Assembly (NCBI GenBank): GCA_050257555.1
Contig: JBLMXB010000028.1
Span: 1,149 to 65,148, forward strand
Direction of reading: 5' to 3'
Origin: Hyphomicrobiales bacterium
GTDB lineage: Bacteria; Eisenbacteria; RBG-16-71-46; SZUA-252
DNA length: 64,000 bases
Made by a program: the position numbers and the translations under genes. Positions 1-9,022 of the stretch are shown here, one piece after another; the stretch's first letter is position 1, and the number at the start of each line of letters is the position of its first letter. The notes beneath the pieces were generated by a model. That model was given only the letters and a program-made list of their open reading frames with translations. It had not been told where the DNA came from and made no database searches.

Positions 1-2146
1 TGTGCTGGATCCCCAGCTCGTACGCCGTCGTCTGCTCCGGCTTCAGGTTCGGGTTGCCGAACCCGACGAAGTACCCGCCGGTCCGGACCTTGTGCTCCAG
101 GAACTGATAGCTCACGTAGAGGTCCTGGAGGTTCGGCTGCTGGAAGAACTTGCCGTAGTTCACGTGGAGAAGCGTCTGGTCGGAGACCGGGAAGCCGACG
201 CCGATCCGCGGCGAGACGCGCTGGTAGATCTTCGAGGACTGGAGGTCGCCCGGCAGGAGCCGGGAGTACGAGGGGTCGAGCGGCTGCGTCTCGCTCACGA
301 GCGCGTCGGTGGACGGCGTCAGGTAGTCCCACCGGAGCCCGGTGTTCAGCACCAGGCCGAGCCGCTCGTACTTCGTCTGCACGTACAGCGACGCGACCTT
401 CGGATGCTTCGGAACGTCGAGAGGCGAGTCGTAGATCCCGTTGCCGTTCTTGTCCTGGAACGGCTCGCCGGAGTCGTACGCCCCGTTGCCGTTCATGTCG
501 GTGAACGTGTCGCCGGTGTTGATCTCGTTCCCGAACGCGTCGTAGCCGTAGTGGTCGACGTCGCGCGTGTTGTCGGGATTCCCGTTCGCGTCGTAGAGCT
601 GCGTCGGGAAGTAGTGGTCGTAGTACCGGAGCGTATGACGCTGGTAGTCGCCGCCGAGCTTCACCTGGAAGGACGGCGAGAGCTGGTTCGAATAGTTCGC
701 CTGGAAGCCGACGTACGAGGACTTCCGGTGGAGGAAGTCGTCGAAAACGTGCGCCCCGCCCGGGTTGGCATCGCCGTACCAGAAGAGCGCCTCCGTCTGG
801 TCGTACGCGGGGTTCCCGTTCGGACGGGCGTACCCCTTCAGGTTGTCGAAGTAGACCCCGTCGCCGCGCTTCCGGTCGGTCAGGAAGTAGTTCGCCTTGA
901 GCTCGTAGTAGGAGCGCGCGTTCAGGCTCTGGTTCCAGGTCGCGTAGACCGAGTTGTTCTTGTCCTCGTACCGGGGCGCGTGGTTCAGGTTGAACCGGTA
1001 GGAGTTCAGGTACTGCTGCCAGTCGTCCTTGTTGAACGTGCCGCCGAGCTTCAGCGTCATGAGCGGCGTCGGCTTGAAGGTCAGCTTGCCGACCGAGGCC
1101 CACGTGGCGCTCGAGTTCGAGGGGAGGATCCCCTTCTCGAAGAAGTTCGTGGAGATGTCGCCCTGGGGCGCGTACGTGACCTTGTCCGTCTCCCAGCTCG
1201 GGTTCCGGTCGCGGTCGTACTTGCGCTCGCCCGAGAGGTAGAACGTGACCTTCTTGAAGTTCGGCGTCAGCGGCCCGCCGACCGAGAGCGAGTACACGTT
1301 GTTGTCCCGGCTCGGCGACTTCAGCCAGTTGCCGGAGAGATTGTCGGTGATGCCCTCGACCGAGCCGAAGTACTTGTCGCCGCCGTCGCGCGTCACCACG
1401 TTGATGACGCCCGAGTTGATGCGGCCGTACTCGGCGTTGAACCCGCCCGACTGCACGACGATCTCGTCGATCGCGTCGCTGTTGATGGCGGTGGTCGAGA
1501 ACCCGGTCAGCGGATCCTGCTGGGAGAACCCGTCCACGTAGTACGCGACCTCGTTCGGCCGCCCGCCGCGGATGATGAGGGTGCTCCCGTTCTGCCCTTC
1601 CTGCCCGTTCAGCTGCGGGCTGTCGAGGCGCGCCTTGAAGTTCACGACGCCCGACTGCTGCGCCACGGCCTCCTGGTACCCGCGGAGCGGCTGGTTCTGG
1701 ATCTGGTCACCGGTGATGAACTTCGTGGTGCCCGTCACGTCCTTCTGGATCAGCGGACGCTCGGCCTTCACGACCACCTCGGGCACGTTCGTGAGCACGG
1801 TCGACTCGAGGCTCCAGTCGATCTTCGTCACGAAGTCCTGGATGACCTGCACCTCCTCCTTGGCCTGGGGCACGTAGCCGAGGAGCGCGACCCGGACCGT
1901 GTACGTGCCGGCCGGGATGTTGAGGATGAAGTAGTTGCCCTGCGGATCGGTGACGGCGCCGCGCTTCAGATCGGGGATCGAGACCGACGCCAGCCCGATC
2001 GGCTCACCGGTCTTGGAATCGCGCACCGTCCCCGAGATCGAGCCCGTCGTGCCGGCCCATGTGGTCTGCGCGGTCAGAAAAACGAAAAAGGCGCTCACCA
2101 CCAATGTGGCGACGCCTACGAACCGCCGCGTGCGAGTTCGCACCAT
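1..2146 (-). CDS. TonB-dependent receptor with N-terminal carboxypeptidase-regulatory-like domain (partial; C-terminus lies beyond the left window edge)
   Basis: My own reverse-strand translation. The ORF is absent from the supplied track because it runs off the edge without a stop. ATG at 2146 gives MVRTRTRRFVGVATLVVSAFFVFLTAQTTWAGTTGSISGTVRDSKTGEPIGLASVSIPDLKRGAVTDPQGNYFILNIPAGTYTVRVALLGY, which is a signal peptide plus a CarboxypepD_reg-like domain. Plug-like motifs follow: STLIIRGGRPNEVAYYVDGF and DEIVVQSGGFNAEYG. At the window edge it reads FGNPNLKPEQTTAYELGIQH, a typical TBDR barrel motif. The listed + ORF 2..2305 is its antisense shadow. Confidence 0.85.
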   Translation of the reverse strand, partial: MVRTRTRRFVGVATLVVSAFFVFLTAQTTWAGTTGSISGTVRDSKTGEPIGLASVSIPDLKRGAVTDPQGNYFILNIPAGTYTVRVALLGYVPQAKEEVQVIQDFVTKIDWSLESTVLTNVPEVVVKAERPLIQKDVTGTTKFITGDQIQNQPLRGYQEAVAQQSGVVNFKARLDSPQLNGQEGQNGSTLIIRGGRPNEVAYYVDGFSQQDPLTGFSTTAINSDAIDEIVVQSGGFNAEYGRINSGVINVVTRDGGDKYFGSVEGITDNLSGNWLKSPSRDNNVYSLSVGGPLTPNFKKVTFYLSGERKYDRDRNPSWETDKVTYAPQGDISTNFFEKGILPSNSSATWASVGKLTFKPTPLMTLKLGGTFNKDDWQQYLNSYRFNLNHAPRYEDKNNSVYATWNQSLNARSYYELKANYFLTDRKRGDGVYFDNLKGYARPNGNPAYDQTEALFWYGDANPGGAHVFDDFLHRKSSYVGFQANYSNQLSPSFQVKLGGDYQRHTLRYYDHYFPTQLYDANGNPDNTRDVDHYGYDAFGNEINTGDTFTDMNGNGAYDSGEPFQDKNGNGIYDSPLDVPKHPKVASLYVQTKYERLGLVLNTGLRWDYLTPSTDALVSETQPLDPSYSRLLPGDLQSSKIYQRVSPRIGVGFPVSDQTLLHVNYGKFFQQPNLQDLYVSYQFLEHKVRTGGYFVGFGNPNLKPEQTTAYELGIQH

Positions 2147-2404
2147 GACTCGTCCTCCCTTGACCAACCGTGGAAACGCCATGCGGGGGTCGATCACTCC
2201 CTCCCTGGTCCCCTCTACCCGAGCCCACGTTCGGCGGGATCCTCCGTCCCGCCGAGGGGCATCCATCGCCCGTACCTGGGCCCCTCATCGGCATTGGTCC
2301 ACTGAACCGGCTCGTACTCTAGGCAGTCCCTCCCTCGTCCCGCTCGTTCGAAGACATGCCGCGGCGCCATGTCGGATTGGGCCGCAACACCTTGCACGAT
2401 CGCC

Positions 2405-2434
2405 ACACTAGGAACGGCCGCCGACGCATGTCAA
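2405..2434 (-). promoter_or_regulatory. Candidate sigma70-type promoter for the TonB-dependent receptor gene
   Basis: On the minus strand: aaaaaggg TTGACA (2434..2429), an 18-nt spacer, then TAGTGT (2410..2405). It sits in a local AT-richer patch just downstream of the terminator hairpin of the preceding gene. It would give a leader of about 250 nt. Sequence match only. Confidence 0.3.
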
Positions 2435-2453
2435 CCCTTTTTCGCAACGAGAA

Positions 2454-2482
2454 GGCCCCCCGGCCGGGAGGGCCGGGGGGCC
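2454..2482 (-). terminator. Rho-independent-type terminator hairpin after the beta-barrel gene
   Basis: Perfect 12-bp GC stem, GGCCCCCCGGCC / GGCCGGGGGGCC, with a 5-nt loop. On the minus strand it is followed by TTCTCGTT. It lies about 48 nt past the stop of CDS 2531..3838. Confidence 0.5.
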
Positions 2483-2530
2483 GATGCGGCACCGGGGCGT
2501 CGCCGCCCCGGCCGATGTCGCTACGGGATC

Positions 2531-3838
2531 CTAGAAGTGGTACGTCGCCGAGACGCGGTTGAACGGCGCGCGCTCGTTCCCCGACAGCGCCCAGCCGCCC
2601 GTGAGCGGGAACTGGTCGTTGATCACCATGTCGACGTCGAGGTTGTTCCAGCGGATGCCGGCCCCGAGGTTCATGTTGAAGTCGGAGAAGCGCTCCTTGA
2701 CCGTGTACGTATTGGTCGGAGCGGCGAAATCGGAGCCTTCCTCCTTGTACATCATGTGGCCGCGGCTCGCGCCGATGCGGAGCTTGAGCCACTTGGTGGC
2801 GTCGGTCTCGATCGCCGCGAAGACCATCGGGATGGCCGTCGTCTTCTGCGTGATCGACTTCGTCGCGCCGCTGGCGACCGCGTCGTTGTTGTCGGTGCGG
2901 TCATACGCGTGCTTCGACTGCGAGACGACCACGCCCCAGAGGAGCAGGTTGTTGTCGTTCACGCGCATGTTGTCCGAGATGCCGGCGCCGTAGTTCTTGT
3001 ACGTCTCGTCGGCGCTGCGGGCCGTCGGCGTCACGCCGGTCACTTCCCACGACAGGTCGTCGTTCACGTACCAGGCCGCCGGGTACCAGGTGTGCGTGTC
3101 GCCGCGATGGAGGATGCCGCGGGCCGCGACCATGTACGACGCGTTCCCGCCGTCCTTCCACGTCTCGCCGCCGGCCGGGGTCTCCGTCCGGTCGAGCGTG
3201 TACCGGCGATAGGTGGCCACGCCCTCGATCCGGTCGTCGTTCTTCAGGTGGAGCGCGATCGCGGGGCTGATCCCCCACGTATTGATCTCCACGCCGGTCG
3301 AGGTGATGACGTTATCGAAGAAGTTGGCCCCGAACGGATACGGATCGAACGAGAAGTCCTCGCCGCGCGCGCTGTAGCTCGACGGCGCGTTGTCCGAGAA
3401 CTCGAAGTACGAGTTCGTGATGTCGAGACGAACCGCGAAGTCGAGGTTCGTGAACGCCTTGCCCCAGATCATGTCGAGCTGCTCGTTGTTCAGGTTGCTC
3501 GACGCGGTCGTCGCGTTGAGCGCCGACTGCTTCATCTGGAAGGCGATGGCGCCGAAGCGCGGGAAGTTGCGGATCACCGTGTAGCTCTTGTCGAGCGCGG
3601 ACGCCGAATTGACGTTGCCGTTCGGGTCGTTCCCCAGCTCGGCCAGCACCAGGTTGTTCTGGCGCACGACCGACGTCGGGTAATAGAAGATGTTGGCGTA
3701 GTCATCGGTGAACTGGCTCGTGTACGGCGTGCTCAAGCCCATGCCCTCGACGCGCGAGAGCGAAGCCTGGCTGGTCCCCGCGGTCATCGCGAGGAGCGCC
3801 ACGGCGCCGAGCACCACAATCAGCTTGCGCTGAAACAT
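2531..3838 (-). CDS. Outer-membrane beta-barrel protein (porin/FadL/PorV-like, family not resolved)
   Basis: 435 aa with signal peptide MFQRKLIVVLGAVALLAMTAGTSQA. Composition is rich in N/S/T/D/Y/G with alternating beta-strand pattern, and it ends in the aromatic terminus ATYHF, as expected for BAM substrates. RBS AAGGAGG precedes the ATG. The N-terminal GMGLSTPY..DDYANIFYYPTSV loosely resembles the FadL/PorV hatch motif (inference). Confidence 0.75.
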   Translation of the reverse strand: MFQRKLIVVLGAVALLAMTAGTSQASLSRVEGMGLSTPYTSQFTDDYANIFYYPTSVVRQNNLVLAELGNDPNGNVNSASALDKSYTVIRNFPRFGAIAFQMKQSALNATTASSNLNNEQLDMIWGKAFTNLDFAVRLDITNSYFEFSDNAPSSYSARGEDFSFDPYPFGANFFDNVITSTGVEINTWGISPAIALHLKNDDRIEGVATYRRYTLDRTETPAGGETWKDGGNASYMVAARGILHRGDTHTWYPAAWYVNDDLSWEVTGVTPTARSADETYKNYGAGISDNMRVNDNNLLLWGVVVSQSKHAYDRTDNNDAVASGATKSITQKTTAIPMVFAAIETDATKWLKLRIGASRGHMMYKEEGSDFAAPTNTYTVKERFSDFNMNLGAGIRWNNLDVDMVINDQFPLTGGWALSGNERAPFNRVSATYHF

Positions 3839-4081
3839 ACGGTCGATACCTCCTTGGTTTGCGGACCCCGGACAATCCGGGACCCTCGAGCCCAGGTCCT
3901 GCGCACATCATGGTCGGTCGATGGACCCGGGGAGATCCGGTAGAGCAATTCCTGCTCGTGGACCCTCGCTCGCCACCCCCTTTCCGTTGCTTCCGTCATC
4001 CATGCGCCGCCGGGCAAGCGACGGCGCCCCACCCATTTCGCTGGGAGATGCGTCCTCAGGGACCGCGGAAAATCCGGCGGC

Positions 4082-4110
4082 ACGTTAGGGGTCGGCCGGA
4101 GCGGTGTCAA
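4082..4110 (-). promoter_or_regulatory. Candidate promoter for the beta-barrel gene
   Basis: On the minus strand: AT-rich aattaccgtaacaatcgtaataattcgt, then TTGACA (4110..4105), a 17-nt spacer, then TAACGT (4087..4082). This is the only AT-rich island in the 339-nt gap. It implies a 5' leader of about 240 nt. Confidence 0.3.
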
Positions 4111-4138
4111 ACGAATTATTACGATTGTTACGGTAATT

Positions 4139-4155
4139 CCCGCTCTTCCAGCGGG
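4139..4155 (-). terminator. Small hairpin after the GWxTD gene (weak terminator candidate)
   Basis: CCCGCT-GGAAG-AGCGGG on the minus strand, 6-bp stem, about 23 nt after the stop at 4178, followed by an A/T-rich stretch. Confidence 0.25.
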
Positions 4156-4177
4156 TTACGCGCCGCTTCCGAGGGGG

Positions 4178-5587
4178 TCAGGGAGCGCGGTTGGGGTCGA
4201 GTTCGTAACGTCCGAAGCCGTCACGATCTACGAACACGAACGTCTTCCGCTCGCGGTAGTAGTACCAGATCTCCTCCGGGGGGCGATCGAAGTTGAACGG
4301 GTTCCGGACCACCTCGTCGGGCTTGCCGTAGACGATGTAGATGCGGCCCATGTCGGTCTTCCAGCCCGGGGTGCCGACCGAGAAGTGCTGGTTGGCGTAG
4401 AGGACGCGCTGATAGAACTCGTCCATCGCCTCGTTCTGGGGGGTGTCGGGCGTCGGATCCCGCCGCTTCCAGAACGCCGTCCAGAATTGCCGGCGCGCCT
4501 CCTCCGTCTTCAGGGTCTCCATCTCCCTCTTCTCGGCGTCATTCGCGATGTAGCGCAACACCTCGATCGACCCCTTCGGATCGGCCAGGATCGAGGCGAT
4601 CGACGGCGCGACCTCGAAGGCCCGCTCGCGGGTCACGGGGCTAGGCTTCCTTCCCCCCTTCCCCTGCGGCGCGGGGAGGGCCAGCTCCACCACGAAGCGG
4701 TACGAGCCCGGGATCAGGGTGCCGATTCCGGGGCGGAGGAGGAACGGGGTGCGGCCGCCGCGCCGGGGGAGGACCGTGTCCCCGTGCGCGACCCGGTCCT
4801 GGATGTCGTTCAGCACCTTGTACTCGAGGCGATACGTGGACCCCCGCTCCCCCTCCGGCCGCGAGTCGACGATCTCGCCGAAGACGGCCAGGCGATTGAC
4901 GTCGTCCGTGAACCGCCGGGACGGCCGGGGATCGAGGGACGCCCGCAGGTCGGCGGGGTCGACCGGACCGGAGCCCGCGGTGCCGAGCGAGAGATCGGTG
5001 AACCAGAGCCGGGCGTCCGACTGCGACGGGACCTCGACCGAGACCGTCGTGCCCGCTTCGCGCTGGGCCACGAGATCCCCGATCACGACGTCGACGTCGT
5101 ACTTCCCCGCCGGCGCCTTCAGCGTCACGTGGTCGACGATGTCGTCCCCCCGGCTCCGCGTCTCGGCGTACGTCGGCACCCGGAGGTCCCGCTGGAAGAC
5201 GTCGCCGGCCACCTGCCGGCCCCCCTTCGAGCGGCGGAAGACGACCCTCACGTCGTACGCGGCGTGGTACCCGTCGGGCGCGCGCTCGAAGAGGAGCTCG
5301 GAGCGCGCCATCCGGTAGTCGAACCGGACCTCCGGCGCCCCCTGGTCTCCGGGCTCGATCGACGCGTCGACCGAGAAGCGGGGACGTCCCTGGCTGGTGC
5401 CGGGAACCGGCATGTCCGACTGGCTCGCCGGGCCGGGATTCGGGTACTGCGCCCACGATGCGCCAGGAACGGACCAGGCCCCGAGGAGGAGGAGCAGCGC
5501 CGCGACCGGTCCGCGGCCCGTCCGCGCCCGTCGGCGGCGGGCGGGCCCCCGCGCCGCGCTATCGGAGGACCGCGATCGCTTTCGCAT
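4178..5587 (-). CDS. GWxTD domain-containing secreted protein
   Basis: 469 aa. An Arg-rich N-region is followed by a hydrophobic signal (VAALLLLLGAWSVPGASWA). The C-terminal domain contains the name-giving motif in FSVGTPGWKTDMGRIYIVYGKPDEV...EIWYYY. The start overlaps the end of the upstream LVIVD gene by 29 nt. Confidence 0.8.
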   Translation of the reverse strand: MRKRSRSSDSAARGPARRRRARTGRGPVAALLLLLGAWSVPGASWAQYPNPGPASQSDMPVPGTSQGRPRFSVDASIEPGDQGAPEVRFDYRMARSELLFERAPDGYHAAYDVRVVFRRSKGGRQVAGDVFQRDLRVPTYAETRSRGDDIVDHVTLKAPAGKYDVDVVIGDLVAQREAGTTVSVEVPSQSDARLWFTDLSLGTAGSGPVDPADLRASLDPRPSRRFTDDVNRLAVFGEIVDSRPEGERGSTYRLEYKVLNDIQDRVAHGDTVLPRRGGRTPFLLRPGIGTLIPGSYRFVVELALPAPQGKGGRKPSPVTRERAFEVAPSIASILADPKGSIEVLRYIANDAEKREMETLKTEEARRQFWTAFWKRRDPTPDTPQNEAMDEFYQRVLYANQHFSVGTPGWKTDMGRIYIVYGKPDEVVRNPFNFDRPPEEIWYYYRERKTFVFVDRDGFGRYELDPNRAP

Positions 5588-8144
5588 CGTCCACTCCCGC
5601 GCCGCTGACGCGCACGTAATAGATGCCGCTCGCGACGCGCCGCCCGTCGCGGTCGCGCCCGTCCCAGGTCGCCGAGCCGTAGCCGCCGCCCGCGGGCGCG
5701 GGTCCCTCGATCTCCCGGACCAGGCGGCCCCGGAGATCGTAGACGCGGACCGTGATGGTCGGGCCCGGCGGGGGCGTCGCGGTCCGGAACGGGACCGTCA
5801 CGACGTCGCCGCCCCGGGACCGGAACGGGTTCGGGAAGGGCCGGCCCACGGCCGGCGCCGAAGAGACGAAGAGGGTGCCCTCCGCGACCTCGATCGAGCT
5901 CCCGTCGGCGCGGTACGCCTCGAGGCGGTAGCGATGGAGCTGCCCGGCCACGAGCGAGTCGTCGGACGCGGCCACCGCGGCGGGGTCGAGGAGGGCCCGG
6001 TTCACGAGACGTCCCGACGGAGCGGGGACGTCCGACGTCGCGGCCCCGAGATCGCGGTAGAGATTGAGGCCGACGGCCCCGGGGACCGAGACCGGCGCCC
6101 AGCGGATCACGGCGCGAGGCGAGGCGCTCGCAGGGTCGAGCGTCACCGAGAGCGACGGGACGACGTCCGGCGTCGGGGCGACCCGGTACCGCTCGAGGGC
6201 CAGGCCCGAGGCGACCAGGAGCGTGTCGCCGGTCCATGCCCCGCTCCGGGCGACGGCCGGAACGTCGATCGGTCCCCGCGCGGCGGGCGCGCTCAGGCTC
6301 GAGACGTCGACGACCAGCGCCCCCTCGCCGCCGAGGAGGAGGGCTGCCGAATCGCCGCTCCGGGCGATGCCGAGGATCGGGGGCGTGGCGAGCGTCGCGC
6401 GGAGGATCAGCGCCGCCGGCTGGAACGCGTCCACGATCTGGAGGCCGTACGACCGCGTCCCGACGAGGAGGACCGCCCCCGTCAGGTCGAGCGCGCGCGC
6501 TCCCTGGCCGGACGGCGCTCCGATCGACGTCGGGGCATCGGGGTTCCCGAATCCGATCGAGGCGAGGCCGAGCGTCTCGTCGGCCACGAAGAGGACCGTG
6601 TCGCGCGCCGCGAGGGCGCGGACGTCCTGGAGCGCCGGGTAGTCGACGCTGCCGCGCGCGGTGGGCAGCGTCGAGTCGGCCACGTCCACGAACGTGACCC
6701 CGGCGCTCCCCGCCCCGCGGCGGCCGGCCGCGACGAGGTTCGGCCCCGCGATCGCGACCGCGCTCGTGAGCCCCGGCAGCGCGACGGCCCCGATCCGGGA
6801 CGGCGCCGCCGGGTCGCGCACGTCCACGACCTCGAGGCCCGACGTGCCGCCGGCGACGAACGCGAGGCCCCTCGTGGAGTCGACGACGACGTCGAACGCG
6901 CGGCCGGTCCCGCTCTCGGGGAGCGCGCCGACGAGCGAGGAATCGGCGCCGTCCGTCCGGTAGATCCGAAGCCCGCCGGTGTAGTCCGCGACGTACGCGA
7001 GCCCGCCCACGGTCGCCACCCGGCGCGTCCGCCCCGTCCCGCCGTACGGCGGGGCCGGGAGCGGCCCGGCGCCGGCCGCGAGCTCCACCTCCGAGGCCCC
7101 GACCTCGTCCGGCTCGCTCACCGTCGCGACGTCGACGGTCGAGACGGCGAACCCGCCCGCCACCGCGCGGACCCAGAGCGGCTCCAGCGTGGTCAGGAAG
7201 TTCCCGATCAGCGTGAGGTCGTTCCCCCCGGCCCCGGTCCGGAGGAACGTGGCGAGGGTCCTCCCCTCCGCGACCGCGGCGAGCGTGTCGCCGGCGACCG
7301 CGACCGACCGGACGAGCTTGGACCCCTGCACCGTCACCGATCGAACGATCGAGCGGGCGGCCATGTCGATCACCGTCACGCCGGCGTTCCCGTCGGCGAC
7401 GAACGCGAGCGGGCCGGTCCACGCGACGTCGCTCGCCTCGTGGGCGTTGAACCCGAACTCGGCGAGCGACTCGGGCGCCGCCGCGGCCCCGCTCCAGCGA
7501 TAGACGGTGAGGAGGAGCTTCGTCAGCGTGCCGGGCCGCGTGCTGACCACGAGCACCGAATCGGAGCGCGCGGCCACGGCGCGCACGCGCCGTCCGTCGT
7601 CGTACGTCACGGAACGCGCGAGGGAGAATCCCGACGTCGCGTCGTACGCGAGGAAGTCGAGCGTCGAGTCGCCGGAGGCCGCGACGAGGCCCGGCCAGGC
7701 GCCGAGCGCCGTGCCGAGCGTCACGTCGCCGAGGCGGTCGATCGAGGCGCCCGCGAGGGGAGCGGCGGGGTCGGACGCGTCGACGGAGAGGACGCCGCGG
7801 GCGCCGGCGAAGAGGAAGAGCGTGCTGCCGTACGCCGCCGCGGACCGGATCGAGCCGGCCGCGCGGAAGAGCGAGCGCGAGCCGAGGCTGTCGGCGCGGG
7901 CGAGGAGGAGCTCCACGCCGGAGCCGGTCGGGACGGCCGCGACCCACGAGCCGGCGGCGGGAAGGTCGACGGCGGGCCCGTACGTCGCGGCAAGCGACGA
8001 GGGAACGCCCCGATCCGCGACGACCTGGGGGGCCGAGCGCGCGACGGCCGGCAGCCCCGCGAGGAGGCAGCCCGCCAACGCGATTCGCGACCAGGCGCGC
8101 CACCGGCCGACCGTGCGGGAGATCATTCGGCACGACGCTAGCAC
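5559..8144 (-). CDS. LVIVD-repeat beta-propeller protein with FlgD-Ig/T9SS-type C-terminal domain
   Basis: 861 aa. An alternative start at 8126 (MISRTVGRW) is equally plausible. Signal peptide ALAGCLLAGLPAVARSA. Repeated LVIVD-like units: GVLSVDASDPAAP, GVTVIDMAARS, GLEVVDVRDPAAP, GVTFVDVADSTLP, GLQIVDAFQPAAL, ALVVDVSSLSAPA. C-terminal tail: FPNPFRS...ITVRVYDLRGRLVREI...[20 protein letters not shown]...AIAVLR. Confidence 0.8.
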   Translation of the reverse strand: MLASCRMISRTVGRWRAWSRIALAGCLLAGLPAVARSAPQVVADRGVPSSLAATYGPAVDLPAAGSWVAAVPTGSGVELLLARADSLGSRSLFRAAGSIRSAAAYGSTLFLFAGARGVLSVDASDPAAPLAGASIDRLGDVTLGTALGAWPGLVAASGDSTLDFLAYDATSGFSLARSVTYDDGRRVRAVAARSDSVLVVSTRPGTLTKLLLTVYRWSGAAAAPESLAEFGFNAHEASDVAWTGPLAFVADGNAGVTVIDMAARSIVRSVTVQGSKLVRSVAVAGDTLAAVAEGRTLATFLRTGAGGNDLTLIGNFLTTLEPLWVRAVAGGFAVSTVDVATVSEPDEVGASEVELAAGAGPLPAPPYGGTGRTRRVATVGGLAYVADYTGGLRIYRTDGADSSLVGALPESGTGRAFDVVVDSTRGLAFVAGGTSGLEVVDVRDPAAPSRIGAVALPGLTSAVAIAGPNLVAAGRRGAGSAGVTFVDVADSTLPTARGSVDYPALQDVRALAARDTVLFVADETLGLASIGFGNPDAPTSIGAPSGQGARALDLTGAVLLVGTRSYGLQIVDAFQPAALILRATLATPPILGIARSGDSAALLLGGEGALVVDVSSLSAPAARGPIDVPAVARSGAWTGDTLLVASGLALERYRVAPTPDVVPSLSVTLDPASASPRAVIRWAPVSVPGAVGLNLYRDLGAATSDVPAPSGRLVNRALLDPAAVAASDDSLVAGQLHRYRLEAYRADGSSIEVAEGTLFVSSAPAVGRPFPNPFRSRGGDVVTVPFRTATPPPGPTITVRVYDLRGRLVREIEGPAPAGGGYGSATWDGRDRDGRRVASGIYYVRVSGAGVDDAKAIAVLR

Positions 8145-8216
8145 GGGCGTCCGAACCCCTCAAGTTTGAAGTCTTTCCGCTTGTTCTCCGGAGCGCGCGT
8201 CGGATACCGTTTCGCG

Positions 8217-8870
8217 ATGCATCTCGTCGAATCGATCCTCTCCCCGCTCTCGGCGTTCATCCTCGCCACGATCTCCTCCTGGGGCTACGCGGGCATCGTC
8301 GCCTGCATGGCCATCGAGAGCGCCTGCATCCCGCTCCCGAGCGAGATCATCATGCCCTTCTCGGGATACCTCGCCTCCACCGGTAGGTTCTCGCTCTGGG
8401 GCGTCACGCTCGCGGGGGCGGTCGGCAACGTGCTCGGCTCGTGGGCCGCGTACGCGGCCGGGGCGCGCGGCGGCCGGCCGCTCGCGGAGCGGTTCGCCCG
8501 GTGGCGGATCATCCGGATGGACGAGTACGACAAGGCGGACCAGTGGCTGAAGCGGCACGGGCTCCAGGTCGTGTTCTGGACGCGGCTCCTCCCGATCGTG
8601 CGGACGTTCGTCTCCTTCCCCGCCGGGGCGGCGCGGGTCCCGTTCGGGCGCTTCACCCTCTACACGCTCGTGGGCTCGATCCCCTGGGCGTTCGCGCTGG
8701 CGCTGGTCGGCGCGATCCTGGGCGAGCACTGGGAAGATATCCGCACGTACTGGCGCGGGTTCGACCTCGTGGTCCTCGCGGGCCTCGCGGTTCTTTTCAT
8801 CCTTTGGGCCCGCCATCATTTCCAAGGGGAAGGCACCCGCGCGCCGCGGGAACGGGACGCGGCCGATTGA
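8217..8870 (+). CDS. DedA family membrane protein
   Basis: The track ORF starts at TTG 8166; I prefer ATG 8217 (MHLVESIL), which gives 217 aa, the typical DedA length. Motifs: GYAGIVACMAIESACIPLPSEIIMPFSGYL and WTRLLPIVRTFVSFPAGAARVPFGRF. Confidence 0.8.
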   Translation: MHLVESILSPLSAFILATISSWGYAGIVACMAIESACIPLPSEIIMPFSGYLASTGRFSLWGVTLAGAVGNVLGSWAAYAAGARGGRPLAERFARWRIIRMDEYDKADQWLKRHGLQVVFWTRLLPIVRTFVSFPAGAARVPFGRFTLYTLVGSIPWAFALALVGAILGEHWEDIRTYWRGFDLVVLAGLAVLFILWARHHFQGEGTRAPRERDAAD

Positions 8871-8907
8871 CGGCCCCCGGGTCGCATGTTAGTCTCGGCA
8901 ACCCATT

Positions 8908-8981
8908 TGGGGGATCGTCCAGTGGTAGGACACGTGGCTCTGGACCACGGTACAGGGGTTCGAATCCTCTTCCCCCAGCCA
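8908..8981 (+). tRNA. tRNA-Gln (anticodon CUG), CCA encoded
   Basis: Hand-folded cloverleaf. Acceptor TGGGGGA/TCCCCCA, D arm GTCC-AGTGGTA-GGAC, anticodon stem CGTGG/CCACG with loop CTCTGGA (CTG at positions 34-36), T arm AGGGG-TTCGAAT-CCTCT, discriminator G, then CCA. Confidence 0.85.
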
Positions 8982-9022
8982 CATCTTCTCAGGACGCGAG
9001 ACGCGACCATGATGCCGGTTGT

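Noticed and set aside
2-2305. 767-aa + strand ORF covering the left end of the window
   Set aside because: It has an Arg/Val/Glu/Pro-rich low-information sequence with no recognisable motif. The opposite strand in the same region translates cleanly into a TonB-dependent receptor with a signal peptide, plug motifs and barrel motifs. It is an antisense shadow typical of very GC-rich DNA.
5248-8163. 971-aa (minus) and 914-aa (plus, 5397..8141) ORFs overlapping the LVIVD gene
   Set aside because: Both are Arg/Gly/Pro/Asp-dominated with no motifs. The third candidate (5559..8144) has a signal peptide, LVIVD repeats and a conserved C-terminal tail. I reached the same conclusion for 9092..12994, 14741..18772, 15643..18774, 31103..33016, 33643..35733, 42835..47286, 47440..50283, 51893..54466 and 52924..56037.
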